A DNA stretch of 64,000 bases from Octopus sinensis (lineage: Eukaryota), in NCBI RefSeq assembly GCF_006345805.1, contig NC_043020.1:29884001-29948000 (forward strand). The letters are read 5' to 3'. The notes beneath the pieces were generated by a model. It was not told where the DNA came from, ran no database searches, and saw nothing but the letters and a program-made list of their open reading frames with translations. How positions within the stretch are numbered: position 1 is the first letter of the stretch; each line of letters starts with the position of its first letter. This document shows, piece by piece, positions 25,207-36,215 of this stretch. The position numbers were made by a program, and so were the translations under genes.

Positions 25207-27666
25207 GATAGTGAATGTCTGGGTTAAGAAACTCTGAGGTTATTTATTATATTTATCATCCTTGTTTTACCTTACTGATGTGATTGAAACAATTTTTCTA
25301 AAAGCCAGCTGCTTTTTTGCTCACCGACCATCACTTGTTTCCAAATAAGGTGCCATTCCTTCTTTCAAATGATGAAATTACTCAATGACCAGACCTGTTT
25401 TTTTTTTTGTGGTTGATGTAAACAATGACATCAAGATGTGGAGAAGACACAAACATTTACTGATCTGCATTTGTGTGCGTGAAGAAAGGAAAACACATGC
25501 ATCCGATGGCTTTCTGTCTACCAGCTGTACTCATAAGCTAATGGTCAGAGGCCACGGCAGAAGGCACTCGACCATGGTACCATGCAGTGAGAACAAACCT
25601 TAAAGCATTTGGTTGCAATGCAGACTTCTTCTAAACCAAAATGGCCATGTCTGCACATCCACTGTTGTTGATGTCAGTTTCCTTGTTTTAATGTAATTAG
25701 CGTACAGTTTTAACGAGTTGTAATTCACTTTTCCCTTTCTTATATACTCATCATCATCATCATCATCCATTTTCCATGCTAGCATGGGTTGGACAGTTTG
25801 ACCGGGGTCTGGGAAGCCAGGAGGCTGCACCAGGCTCCAGTCTGATCTGGCTGAGTTTCTGCAGCTGGATGCCCTTCCTAATGCCAACCACTCCATGAGT
25901 GTAGTGGGTACTTTTTACGTGCCACCGGCACAGGTATCACAACTACAATTTCCATTTGATATTTATTTTTTAAATTTCGTTTAATTAGCTCTAGTATCAG
26001 TGAGGGCAGTGCAAACATTAGAATGGTGAACTCTGATTTTTGTTCTCATTTCAAAATCCTGTCAAGAGAGAGGAAAATAAGATATTGGAAATATTTCCAG
26101 ATCAAGCAATAAACTCAGTATCGTTTAATGTTTCTGAAATGTATTTTACTCATGGAAATAAACTAAATCGTTGTTGTCCCTTTTTTTTTTTGCAGGTTGT
26201 CCTTCAGCAATTTCTTCATGACCACATAGACCTTCAAGTTGTTGCCCTATATGCATCTCAGGTGTTTTGTTATAACAACCAGTTTCCCAAAAGTAAGTCA
26301 TTCGTTACAGTTTGTTCCGTGTTTGATGTAAAGTTGATTTTTAGCCATACAAGAGTCTAAATGTTGATATTTACAAGGTTTTATTTTGTTTTGGGGTTTT
26401 GTCTATTTTATCATCACCTCTACTTTTTCATGCTTGCATGGGTCAGAGGGGAATGTTTGGAAAGATCCCCTTCCTATAGCTAACTCCCACCTGTAACCAA
26501 GGGAAGTGATCACGCAACACATTGAAGCCTGTCAGGAAGCCTGGAAATACTTTTATAGTGGACTTCAAACAAATGATGCTGTAGTAAAGCCATTGGTTAT
26601 GAACCATTGAGCAAAAGCTGGAGACAATGGATTTCTTTTTGTTAAATGTCTCCCGAATCCACTCAAGGCTTTGGTCAGCCTAGGGCTATATGAGACACTC
26701 GCCCTAGGTGCCTTGAGGCTGAGAAGCAAACTCTTCAACCAATGCCAGTGATTACTTCGTTAAAAGGCACTAGGATAACCCTGCCCTGGGGTAAATATAT
26801 ATATATGCACCATGGAAACCAAGAAACCTGCCCTGTGAGTCTATATGACCTGGGGAAGGATCCATCCATGCTTGCATGGGTCAGAAAGAATTTCTTGTTG
26901 CAGGTTTTCTATGGCCTGATGCCTTTCTTGTTGCTAATCGTTACTTTGTTTGCAAGTAAGGTGATATTTCTCCATAGCCAGACATGATTCCAAAGAATAT
27001 TGGAAGAGAGTGACATTTATGACAATCATGCAATGTCAAGACACATACAAACACACACACACACGTATATGTGACGTATTCTTATCAGTTTCTGTTTACT
27101 AAATCCACCCAAGGCTTTGGTCGTCCCAGGGCTATAATAGAAGACACTTACCTAAGGTGCCAGGCAATAGGGCTGAACCTGGAACCATGTTGTTGGGAAG
27201 CCAACTTCTCAGCCACGCAGGCACTTGCAGAAATTAAGAAATATTGAACTCAAAGAAGAAATCAATTTGGGAAATGATTTCTGTGAATTTTTTCTTTTAT
27301 TTTTTCTTATTTTCTTTGCTTTTCTTGCAGATATGTTACGGCGATTCTTTATGCATTTCTACGATATGGAGATTATTGAAGAGGAAGCATTCCTAAAATG
27401 GAAGGAAGATATCAATGATGAATACCCTGGCAAAGGAAAGGCCCTCTTTCAGGTAATTAACTAATTAACTCGACCTTTTGTTCTTTTTTCGTTTTAAACT
27501 CTTTTTGGGGTCATTTTGGCATTTGCTTTGTTCTTCTGGAGCTTACAATTTTCTTTTGTCTTTTTCGTTCTTTCTCTTTAATTTTGTTGTTCTCTTGTAG
27601 GTCAATCAGTGGCTGACATGGTTGGAACAAGCTGAAGAAGAATCTGAAGATGATGATGATGATTAA
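5844..27666 (+). CDS. EIF4G2: eIF4G2 / DAP5 / NAT1 / p97 translation initiation factor; 23 coding exons, 2784 nt spliced CDS (927 aa; 930 aa with upstream acceptor 18539); CUG start
   Basis: Manually joined exons give one open frame with canonical splice sites and matching phases. Recognisable motifs: IFRKARGILNKLTPEKFDKL and IFEKALDEPKYSSLYAQLC (MIF4G), KMLGNIKFIGELGKL, RIRFMLQDVVELR..WVPRK, GIGTGPGVIQ-like segment, MA3 region, W2 domain FYDMEIIEEEAFLKWKEDINDEYPGKGKALFQVNQWLTWLEQAEEESE. No N-terminal eIF4E/PABP-binding third, which is diagnostic of eIF4G2 rather than eIF4G1/3. Confidence 0.96.
6956..7033 (+). CDS. EIF4G2: eIF4G2 coding exon 2, WNPPSKQRDGLSVDEKNDLIFRKARG
   Basis: ttcag acceptor, GTAAGT donor at 7034; start of MIF4G. 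Confidence 0.93.
9271..9373 (+). CDS. EIF4G2: eIF4G2 coding exon 3, ILNKLTPEKFDKLSLELLNVGIDSQLILKGIILL
   Basis: tgtag acceptor, GTAAGG donor; conserved MIF4G helix. Confidence 0.96.
10708..10818 (+). CDS. EIF4G2: eIF4G2 coding exon 4, IFEKALDEPKYSSLYAQLCHRLCKDAPNFDHSSSKTI
   Basis: tacag acceptor, GTAAGT donor; 111 nt, phase 0/0. Confidence 0.96.
11000..11066 (+). CDS. EIF4G2: eIF4G2 coding exon 5, TFRRLLLNKCQDEFENRSRATE
   Basis: tttag acceptor, GTAAAC donor; FRRLLLNKCQDEFE motif. Confidence 0.95.
11744..11836 (+). CDS. EIF4G2: eIF4G2 coding exon 6, AFDKKDGPLNDDEAEQYHLAKQKMLGNIKFIG
   Basis: ttcag acceptor, GTGAGT donor; contains first in-frame ATG (11812, codon 160). Confidence 0.95.
11872..12026. 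mobile_element. SINE-like repeat ending in (GAT)n
   Basis: ccgtccaacccatgctagc..ggacgttaaacgatgatgat; copies at about 1474-1586, 23390-23560 (rc) and 25748-25935 (rc). Confidence 0.75.
12999..13168 (+). CDS. EIF4G2: eIF4G2 coding exon 7, ELGKLEMLHEGILHKCIKQLL...LDSLEAK
   Basis: ttcag acceptor, GTAATT donor; overlaps ORF-track 13019..13276. Confidence 0.96.
13957..14067 (+). CDS. EIF4G2: eIF4G2 coding exon 8, AWMDKYFERIKNFASNTELPSRIRFMLQDVVELRANK
   Basis: ttcag acceptor, GTAGTT donor; end of MIF4G. Confidence 0.95.
14207..14278 (+). CDS. EIF4G2: eIF4G2 coding exon 9, WVPRKVLSDHGPKTISQIRQEAAD
   Basis: cccag acceptor, GTAAGC donor; WVPRK..GPKTI.QIR motif. Confidence 0.95.
15071..15227 (+). 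CDS. EIF4G2: eIF4G2 coding exon 10, EFGIYLGLPDGSG...HRGGLADIFSAAPTGLL
   Basis: cctag acceptor, GTGAGT donor; GGLAD motif. Confidence 0.9.
15672..15767 (+). CDS. EIF4G2: eIF4G2 coding exon 11, NNIGTGPGVIQADGFLSGYSMNMGRRGSQPTP
   Basis: tgtag acceptor, GTGAGT donor; IGTGPGVIQ motif. Confidence 0.92.
16945..17202 (+). CDS. EIF4G2: eIF4G2 coding exon 12, Q/P/G-rich linker
   Basis: tgtag acceptor, GTCAGT donor; phase 1/1 keeps frame; overlaps ORF-track 16977..17363. Confidence 0.85.
17265..17680 (+). mobile_element. Two tandem tRNA-head SINE copies (CpG-decayed) in intron
   Basis: Heads aaggaggtaagctggcagaattgtt and aaggcagtgagctggcagaatcgtt, B-box-like gagttcaaat, body catcc..gggtcgataaaattaag, (att)n tails. 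Confidence 0.8.
18548..18798 (+). CDS. EIF4G2: eIF4G2 coding exon 13 (alternative in-frame acceptor 18539), APGRDLPQRF...EDINLRP...HLINKQ; GC donor
   Basis: Acceptors CAG at 18536-18538 and 18545-18547; ends CAG|GCAAGT; DLPQRF and INLRP resemble vertebrate DMPPRF and ISLRP. Confidence 0.85.
19556..19645 (+). CDS. EIF4G2: eIF4G2 coding exon 14, PQITIKQANPEKSKAVKKAPLTKKELENSM
   Basis: tgcag acceptor, GTAAGT donor. Confidence 0.9.
20310..20392 (+). CDS. EIF4G2: eIF4G2 coding exon 15, TSLLDDYFNSGDVQVATSAIKDLNAPN (MA3 start)
   Basis: AAG acceptor ending 20309, GTAAGT donor; MA3 N-terminal motif. Confidence 0.88.
21385..21437 (+). CDS. EIF4G2: eIF4G2 coding exon 16, FITDSIYKMMLTNVDKT
   Basis: ttcag acceptor, GTCAGT donor; phases 2/1 fit neighbours. 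Confidence 0.85.
22201..22280 (+). CDS. EIF4G2: eIF4G2 coding exon 17, DTEREKVMSLVVGMKPENLVTSETFIG
   Basis: tccag acceptor, GTAAGT donor. Confidence 0.9.
22642..22900 (+). CDS. EIF4G2: eIF4G2 coding exon 18, AYRSLLEKLQELETDVPLIKSYVA...GAHYPLFLISLQQM...INLQDMLP
   Basis: tttag acceptor, GTAAGG donor; overlaps ORF-track 22693..23001. Confidence 0.95.
23540..23905. repeat. Degenerate about 60-bp tandem array inside SINE-like repeat
   Basis: Recurrent gtgccac(c/t)ggcacg..gccag..aacgatcac(g/a)ctc..atggtgc units. Confidence 0.6.
24098..24302 (+). CDS. EIF4G2: eIF4G2 coding exon 19, EIDQSKEKMMEILEDRGLSFLFPLL...GFVNILTT
   Basis: cccag acceptor after polypyrimidine tract, AG|GTTAGA donor; overlaps ORF-track 24055..24375. 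Confidence 0.95.
24997..25108 (+). CDS. EIF4G2: eIF4G2 coding exon 20, SILKYITKASTLLENCDPSIPPEKHLVEKEKDMLDKLK
   Basis: ttcag acceptor, GTAAGA donor. Confidence 0.92.
26196..26292 (+). CDS. EIF4G2: eIF4G2 coding exon 21, VVLQQFLHDHIDLQVVALYASQVFCYNNQFPK (W2)
   Basis: tgcag acceptor, GTAAGT donor. Confidence 0.95.
27331..27452 (+). CDS. EIF4G2: eIF4G2 coding exon 22, MLRRFFMHFYDMEIIEEEAFLKWKEDINDEYPGKGKALFQ
   Basis: tgcag acceptor, GTAATT donor; W2 acidic/aromatic box. Confidence 0.97.
27601..27666 (+). CDS. EIF4G2: eIF4G2 last coding exon, VNQWLTWLEQAEEESEDDDDD*
   Basis: tgtag acceptor at 27600; TAA 27664-27666; canonical eIF4G C-terminus. Confidence 0.97.
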   Translation, partial: VNQWLTWLEQAEEESEDDDDD

Positions 27667-30096
27667 GCCGAGTGGACATTAGCTGCTGACGAAGTAGACC
27701 TGATGACTTGAGAAACAGTCCCTATTCAACACAGTCTCCTTTACTACCAACTGGACAAAACAAAAAAACAAAAAACAAAAAAACCCCACAAAAACAAAAA
27801 AAAAATGAAAGACCTCACCCCCAGTGGAATCTAATGTCAACGTGTGTGTGTGCGTATGAGTGCATGTGTTTGTGTGTGTGTGTGTGTATGTGTGTGCGTG
27901 TGTATGTCTAATGTGCTCCTTGCACGTTGTAGGTGGCTGTGTGCGGAGAAGACAGAAGAAGAAGCAATTGTGGCTTGGTTCAATTCCATCGTTGGAGACG
28001 AGTGACAAAGATGACCGCTGGGGCCAAAAAATCTACGATATGGATATAAATATGCATACACATTGGACTGCTATCAGAACTAGTGTTTCTCCCCCCCCCC
28101 TCCCGTATTCAACTCACACAAACTTGTCTGCTTCGGTAGACACTGGTAAACATTCAGTTACTAATTTCAGTTACTTTTAGAAGTTTTTTCTTTTCTTTTT
28201 TTTCTGTTTGTTTTTATTAATTTAAAAAGCAAAATAAGGAAAAACAAAACACCAACAATTTTTTTTTTCATTACTTCTACTACCACCACCACCACCACCA
28301 CTACTACTACTACTACTCTTCCTCTTTATTATTTTATTTATTTTTCTCTATTTATTTGTTGTTCTTGCCCTTGCTTCTCTTTTGACGGTTGTGGGCTCTC
28401 TTCTGTTTTGCGGCCACTATGTATGGCTGCTGTCTATTGGTCATTACAGCTGTGCGACAGTTCCAAACCCAATCCATTTTTTTTTTTTTCCAAACACTCA
28501 GAGCAACTCAGCCACTAGTACTTTGGACATTGTTGTTTAGTAGTACTGAGCTATGATTTTTGAAAGAAAGGAAAAAAAAAAAGAAAAAGAAAAGGTAAAA
28601 AAGAGACAAAAAAATAAGATATTGAAAAAAAAAACAAAAACAACAAATAGATAAGAATAATAAAATTTTAAAAAAGCTTACAAAAATGGGAAAAATAAAA
28701 TCTTATCAACAAAAATAACTTGTATTTAAACTGAAAAAACTTTTTATTTTATTTTTTTAACTTATTTTTCTTATTGCTCATTGTCTTCTCCTTGCTTTGT
28801 TTTGTGTTTAGGCATTTACCTCTCTCTCTCTCTCTCTCTCTCTAATAAGGTTTCTATAATTGTTTTGCTTCAGTGTGAGAAAGATTAGTAAGCAGTTTTT
28901 ATTTTTGGATTAAAGTGTTTCTGTTTTTTTTTTTTAAACTTGTTTGAAATTAAAGGATTTCAAAAGAAACTGTAAAACAAGTGGAAGAAAAAAAAAAAAG
29001 AATTACCACAAATTATGCATATTTTCAACCTTACTTTTTGTCTAGTCATTTTCTGGGAGATATCAGTTATTTTAATTTTATTTTTCTCCACCTCCTCTTC
29101 TCATCTCTAAAAGAAATCCCTCACCCCTTTCTATGTGTCCCTTTAATGCTTCTTTCATCTGTTAGTAGAGATCCCAAATGAGTATTTGAAATTATTTTGG
29201 TATTTTACTTAATATAGACTTCCCTCTCTCTCTCTCCCCTAAGTTCCATCTCATATTATTTTCCTCTCCGTTGTGATTATACAACATTTTACTCCGATGC
29301 TCACCTGTCAAGTACCAGAGCAGTATTCTAATTTAATTAACTGACGAATCAACCAGAGTTTTTGGGTTTATTTTTTAATTAACTTCCTGGTGATAGGTTG
29401 TGTCTTCTTTCTTCCATTCACACATCCAGAATGGATTGATTTACGATAAGTAGAAAAACCTTTGATGCTCATTAAATTTTTCTTCGTTTTCCTTCCTTAA
29501 TTGCCAGTGGTGCTTCTGCCTAATCCATTCCGATAGAGTTGGATCTTGCATTTTTACTGCTGGCTCATGTTAATCCCTTTCAACTTTTTAACTGAAAAAC
29601 TTGATTGTCTACCAGTGTACACAGTTTGTCCAAAATTCCGACTTTGGCAGTAACTTGTCTTTCCATTTTCTAGTGTTCTGCTGATGGGAAGTTCACTTTT
29701 ATCCTATCATTTTTTTTTTAAATTCCAGGAAAAAAAAAATGATTGTTAAACTAAATAACGAAGGACTTGGAGAGTGGGCTGGGATAATGAGTTCATGCAG
29801 TGTGTATGTGCGAGTGAATTAATTTTTCTAAATTCTCATTCATATATGAATTCTCATCTTCCTATTAAAATATCTTGATAGTTTGATAAAATTTCTCTAT
29901 TTTTTTCCTCCCCTATTTTAAAACCATTTTTTTTTCTTAGATATGGTCACAGAGAAAAGAAAGAAAAAAACAATACAACAAAAAAACTTCCACTCATTCT
30001 TTATCCCAATGTTGCCCTTCTCTCTACCTTTTTAGAAAACCAAATGAGCAAATTTTAAAAATAATGAACAATTGTAAAATTGAACTCGTGTTAAGG

Positions 30097-30102
30097 AATA
30101 AA
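30097..30102 (+). terminator. Candidate polyadenylation signal for eIF4G2 (3' UTR about 2.45 kb)
   Basis: AATAAA followed about 20 nt later by a GT/T-rich tract (tatttgtgcctctttttctgtgt). Other AATAAA hexamers exist near 28660, 28695 and 30485. Confidence 0.45.
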
Positions 30103-32139
30103 AATCATGACACAGCTGTATTTGTGCCTCTTTTTCTGTGTACGAGAGACTTAATGATGCTCCCCCTGTTTGGGGGAGAAAAACACCAACCATACAGAGT
30201 GGACTCTAATTACTGACTTCTATAATTAGCTCCTGTAATAATAACATTTAATTTGATTTTGTGTGTGCTAAGCTCATGAAATTCACATTAATTTTAAAAT
30301 TCGATTTTAATAATTATTCTTTAAAATGTTAGCCTATATTTATATTCAAATTTTATTTTATTTGACATTTCCTGTATCTTAAAGGTAGTTTAAATTTTTG
30401 TCATTGTAATAACCTTTATTACTCTCATTTTAAATTTTGATGAATCCAAATGAAGTTTTATATATTTTTACTCAACTTTATTTTAATAAAAGGTAGTTGT
30501 AACTGAACTGGATTCTCTATGCTATCTAATCCAACTCCTTTGAGGACAGATTCTGCAAGACACTTAGTGCAAGTCAATCTTTAATCAATCTAATACAGGC
30601 TAGACCAAAAGTTGTGCTGCCATCAAATATATTTTATGTGTGTGTATATATATAATCTGTGTGTGTGTGTGTGGCTGTGTCTTTTGACCGAGTCTGAATG
30701 ATTTACTCCACTATGTCTTCCCTTAAGGAAATTAATTGACCATATGCCTTGACATGAAAAGAAATTCTTTTGATACTTGCTTTTCTGCTCAGCCAAGTTT
30801 GTTATCAGTTAACATCCAGTTCCCATGGCCGCTTAGGGTAGGCGATTTGACAGGATCCACCAGCTGCAGAGCCATGTCTAGCTTCAACATTAATTTGGCA
30901 GGTTTCCTTCGACTGGATACCCTCTCCGTTATCAACCACCGGGTGCTGTTTTTCTTTTTTCTTCCTGTGACACGAGTGCTGGTGAGGTTGCCAAGCAGCT
31001 TGAAAGAAAAGGCCAGCAAGAAGCCTCCTTTCATTGAGAGGATGAGGTAGGGGTTAATATTTGAGTGGAGGAAGAGCAATGGTTCTATGCTGGGTGTTGA
31101 GGGGCTGCAAATGTGATGGAGAGACAATCCCCAAATGCCTTGGTATGGAGGAAGTACAAGACTACCCAGAATTACATAAAGGTGGATGAGAGATGCTGGT
31201 GGGATACCAGAACATCTCAATCATGAAGGTGGGTAGAAACACTGGACCAAGGAATGGGTCATGAGAGTATGAGGGGGGGATGGGTAGTGGGTGAGAGATA
31301 CAGAAACGGCTTGAGAATAAATACCGATGTGCAAGCAAGGGGTAGGAGCAGTGGGGAGGGAAATATAGGGGTACATAGGGTAGATATAAGTAGAACAAGG
31401 GGGGCAGAGAGAATGATTGCAGATAAACATGAAGAACAGGGGACTTGATAGAAAGGGATTTTATTATTTTTTTGATACTTGCAATTAATCCCAAATCTTT
31501 TTATAGTGTTGATAAAGTTGTTTTACGAATAAAATCTTCATTTTACCCAATTCTTCTTCCACTCATCTTCAGGATTAAGAAAAGGCATTTAACAGAAATA
31601 AGGTAGTTTCAGTAATTTAAGATTTTCTTTTTTTCTTATTTCAGTTTTGTGTGAGGTAAGTTATAGAAAGAAAAAAAAATCTTATTTTAGTTCTGAGTAT
31701 TAAGTTCCTGGTGTGTTGGGATGGCCGTTTACATTGAGCACTTTCTAAATATCACCTTAGCTATGGGTATGTGTGTATATAATAAATATATATAGGGGAG
31801 GGGGTGCTGAAAAGTTCCTGCCTTTAAGAGTATCACAAAAGACCTAGTTGAAGGCCCAACCTTCTGAGTGTTTTTACAGGGCTTAGAAAGACTGAAGGAC
31901 CCCTGCAATAAGTGTGAATCAGAGGGGAACAGGTTGAATAAAATCCTAACTGATCCTCCTGTATTTTATTTTACCCAAAGCCAGGGATTTTTCAACACCC
32001 CCTCCTTTATATATATATATATATAGATTATATCCGTTCAGCTAAAGCAGTGGTTCACAAAGTGAACAATTAAATTAATTTAACAATTAAGGAAACAAAA
32101 ACGAAAGGCTAAAATTTAGGGTTAGGGTTAGTGACAGGA

Positions 32140-32370
32140 TGTCTCAGTTTTAGACGCAGCAAATGATTTTAGCTCAATAGAGGCCATAGGATTGGTTAAA
32201 ATTCGAAAAATTAAGATACGTTAAACTTACAAATTACAATTTTCTCAAGAAAGCCAAGAGAAAAAAATGTTTTATTTTGACACATTCTACCAGTATACGA
32301 AGTTTAAAAGTGTTTAGTTAACTAGAAATTGTGTTGAAAACTGCCGTTCAAAAGGAAAAGATCCCGATTA
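32140..32370. repeat. Dispersed repeat, second copy at about 48040-48260
   Basis: Shared ttagacgcagcaaatga..attggttaaaattcgaa..acgttaaacttacaaattacaatttt..gacacattctacca..gtatacgaagttt..caaaaggaaaagatcc. Confidence 0.75.
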
Positions 32371-32559
32371 TCATTTGTAATGTTCATCATCTTGGTCTTC
32401 TTCCCACCGATTCTCAGATCAATCTTTCAAACATTCATTTCTAGTTCTCATGTGAACCGTTGTAGGTCTTTATAATTTTCAGCGATTAAGCGATGTCAGC
32501 AGCCAAGTCCAGGTCTTTCAGTCTCATCTACTGCTTCCGTACTATTCCCCCATCAGATA

Positions 32560-33053
32560 CCGTAAATCCTCAAGTATAATCTGCACTTTTTCCCCAAAAA
32601 TTTAAAGGTCAAAATCCCTAGTGCATACTATATACGAGGTTAAAAATGAAAAATATTTTCTAAGCAATGTCCAAGTCTCTATTTGCTGTCCGGCAATGTT
32701 TATTCAGACGCATTTTCTGATGTCGGGCGAGAAAAATACCTTAAGCTAAGTCTGAAAGCAATGAAGTCATAAAAGAATCATCCATGACTTGCAGTAAGCA
32801 ACATTTATTAAACGTTATTACTGTTATTTCTTTATTTTCTGCAAACAAAATTCACAAAAACGCTACACGTTTGCATTATGTTATATATACAATAATAATA
32901 AAGGACGTCACCATATACATTTTTACAAACCAAGGACTCAAGTTAGAGAAGGGGTGCGTATTATACACAAGGTTTAGGTTTTTCAGAAGCACAGCCCCCT
33001 AAAAATCCCCTACGTATTATACCCAAGGGCGGACTATACTCGAGGATTTACGG
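32560..33053. mobile_element. MITE, Tc1/mariner superfamily (CCGTA termini, Tc2-like)
   Basis: TIR CCGTAAATCCTCAAGTATAATCTGC vs reverse complement of right end CCGTAAATCCTCGAGTATAGTCCGC; TA flanks at 32558-59 and 33054-55; no ORF. Confidence 0.8.
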
Positions 33054-36000
33054 TATGTTAGTTGGGTTGTTTTTTTTTTAGGACAAAGCCTACTACTGCC
33101 TCAGTGGGAATTGAAATCAGAATGTAGAGTTTCGATATTCTAACGATGATCTCCTTCCACTTCCATAATTATTTAATGAAAGTTGACTCTGAGATGAATC
33201 GAACCCAGAGCATTGCGATATCAAACTGACTCATATTAAATCATCGCCGCCCCATTCAGTCATCACGTCTCTGTTCTTTTCTTCTTCTCCTCCTTTGCCG
33301 ACCGCCATAAATTTAAAATCTCTATAGAAACTACATCCAAGAGGTGAATATTTTAGAAAGCGGTAAATGAGAAAATAGGAAGGTGACAAGTTTTATTTGT
33401 GCACGCAGGTAAAGGCCCTTTATTCGCTCTTTTTCGAAACCGAGCCCACAATGACTTCAATAGGAAATTAGATAAATGGATGTAAGACGCCTGTAAAAGA
33501 TAATGTAGGGAAGTGGCTACGACGGTGACGAATGGCGAGTCAAAAGGTAAATCCTATAGATTGAACAGAGCTGAGACCGACATAAAAGTTACACACCTTT
33601 AGCTCTTACAAAGAGCTAAACGGCTTTTATTAGAGCCTCGGCGATATTACAGGAGCCGCAATGACCTCCTAACTTTTATTCTTCTCGCCAAGCAATTGAT
33701 TTCATTTTCTTGTCTCAGGTTATAACAAATAAGCAAAATAAACTATAGCCTGCCCCCGTCAAGCTATGAAAGCCATTTTAATTTCAGTGACGGCCAACAA
33801 TGGAGGAGGAGGACATTATAGAAAAATCTTACTGAAGAGGAATCAAAGAGCGAAGAGAGAGAGTGTGTGTGTGGGGGTTGGAGGTGTTAGGAGATGCGCG
33901 CGTGAGTGAGCCTGTGTACAAACGAGAGAGTCAGAGAGAAAGATAGATAGAATGTTTGTGTGTGTCTGTGTGCTTGAGTATGAATGGATTGAGGTGTATT
34001 TAAGTAAGAGAGAAAAAGACTTGAGTCCCTGTGTGTGTTAGAGAGAGAGAGATATGGTGAGTGGATGAGAAACATCTATTGTGCTTCTCTTGGTGTGAAT
34101 GGAGGGGATCAACGTGTGTATTTACGTGTGTAACGTCGATCAGTCGATTGTCAATTGATAGCGACATAAAAAGAAAGGAACGTGGTTAACGAGATAATGG
34201 TCAGCGGGCGGAACAGGGAGCAACTAGTGAAGAAAAAAAAATGATAATAATACAGCAGCGGCTTAAATGATTTTTCTAACAAAATATTCAAGCATCTTTT
34301 CTCCTTTCTCAGATGTTATTGTTGTTGTTCGCTCCATCTCTCCCTTTTACCGGCCAGTATAAGGTGTTTGGGACATTGTTAAGAAAGCAAAGGTTGCTGA
34401 TGTAAGGTGAATGGGAGAGACAGGGAGAAAAAAAATCAAAAAAAGGCTAAAAAAAACCTGAAATGATAAAAAGAAAGAAAAGCAAGCTACAATGGCGGTT
34501 CACGATAAAAAAAAGTGGGGGAAAATGAAGCTAATTTCAATATCTAATTAAATTGAAATAAAGTATATGAATGAAAAAGACAGATAAAGATAGAAGAAAG
34601 AATCTAGCAAAATTATTTCTTAATCTGTAAACAAGATGCTTTATGTAAACGTGTCCAGCCGAGCAGACGTAGATTTGGTGCGTGAGTTGATAATGGCGGA
34701 TTGTAATTTATCGTAATGGCTTTAGATATTATCACAGACTCCCTTAGATCTCTAATTGCTTTGGAACTTCGTTTGAAAGAACTGGATTAAAAAGAATACA
34801 CCCCAACCACACGTACACAACAGAAGAAAAGAAGATTGTCTTTTGCGTGATTGTCTAATGCATTTTGTCGTTTAATTCTTTTTATAAGTTACCTTTTGAA
34901 TTTAGAAATCAAATAGATTTGCCGATCCACACAGGTTGGGAAGACGTACAGAGTTTAGGGATAAAAGGATGTCGTGTTGTGGGTAAGGTTAAAAATGATA
35001 ATTGTGGTCCCGTTAGTAGCTGTGAAAGGAAATTAGTAATAGATAGAAAAGATATTTTACAATGACACTCGAAAGAGAACAGGGTGCAAAGTTGATCTGA
35101 CTGAAGTTCGAGTTTTTCTTTTCAGAAAGACCGACAGGAAAAAACAAAATTAATAAACGAGATGAGTTTGTAATCATGCAACAAAGATCACAGAGGAGGA
35201 CAAATATATTTATTTACAACAGTGAAAATAAATATTCTTAGATCACTATTAAGAGAACTGATCACCAACAATTTCGTTTTAACCCTTTGTCTGTCCAATA
35301 CATTTTCATATGTTTGTCCAAAACGTCCATGTTTGTCTTCAGACTTTCAAAAGCCCTTGTTTTATACGTTCTCTGTAAACTTTCCTTTTAGAAGTCCCAA
35401 GTTACTCTGATGGAGTTGAAAAAAAAAACGGGAGTGAGCATCGGAGATGATGCGTGAAGGCCAGAGAAATATGTCCTGTAGGATCAGTGCTTCTCAAACG
35501 ATCTGATGTAGCGTCTATCTTTATGTTGTGAGTTCAAATTTGGCCGAGGTCATTTTTGTTTTTCATCCTTTCGGGGTCAATAAAATAAGTACTAGTTGTG
35601 TATGCCAACGGAGAGATTTGGCAGCACCTCGAGTGACTGAGCAGCCTTTTTCAGGGAAAGCGATACTTACCTGTAAATCAAGAAGCATCTAGAAAAGGTA
35701 GTTTAGAAAAAAAAATCCTGCCTACTTCTGAAAGTGGCTGGCATCCCCGCGGCAGCAGATGTCTCCCCTTTGCGATCCATTGTAACATCAAGAAAATTAG
35801 AACTTTCCAAGAAAGGGTCGTAGTTGTCTATGACCGAAGCACGGAATCAATCCATCGGTGCCCTTCCACACTGCCAAATGTTATCCACAATATCGTCTTG
35901 AGATTATAATGGTTTCAGTTTTTTCCACAAGACCAGCAGTTTTAGTGGGAGGGAGAAAGTCGATTACAGCGACCCTAGTACTTGACTGGTACTTTATTTT

Positions 36001-36106
36001 ATCGACCCCGAAAGGATGAAAGGAAAAGTTGGCCTCGGTGGGATTTGAACACAGAACGTAACGAGACGAAAGAAATACCGCTAAGCACTTTGTTTGCAAC
36101 TCGAAT

Positions 36107-36215
36107 GATTCAACCAAGCTCGCCGCCTTATCCCCAGATTAACGATTCAACCAAGCTCGCCGCCTTATCCCCAGACTAACGATTTAACCAAGCTCGCCGC
36201 CTTATCCCCAGATTA
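36107..36215. repeat. 37-bp tandem repeat x3
   Basis: gattcaaccaagctcgccgccttatccccagattaac at 36107, 36144 and 36181. Confidence 0.9.

Noticed and set aside
30736-31494. Cluster of 100-143 aa ORFs after the gene
   Set aside because: They overlap degenerate SINE-like sequence; no RT, endonuclease or other domain motif recognised.
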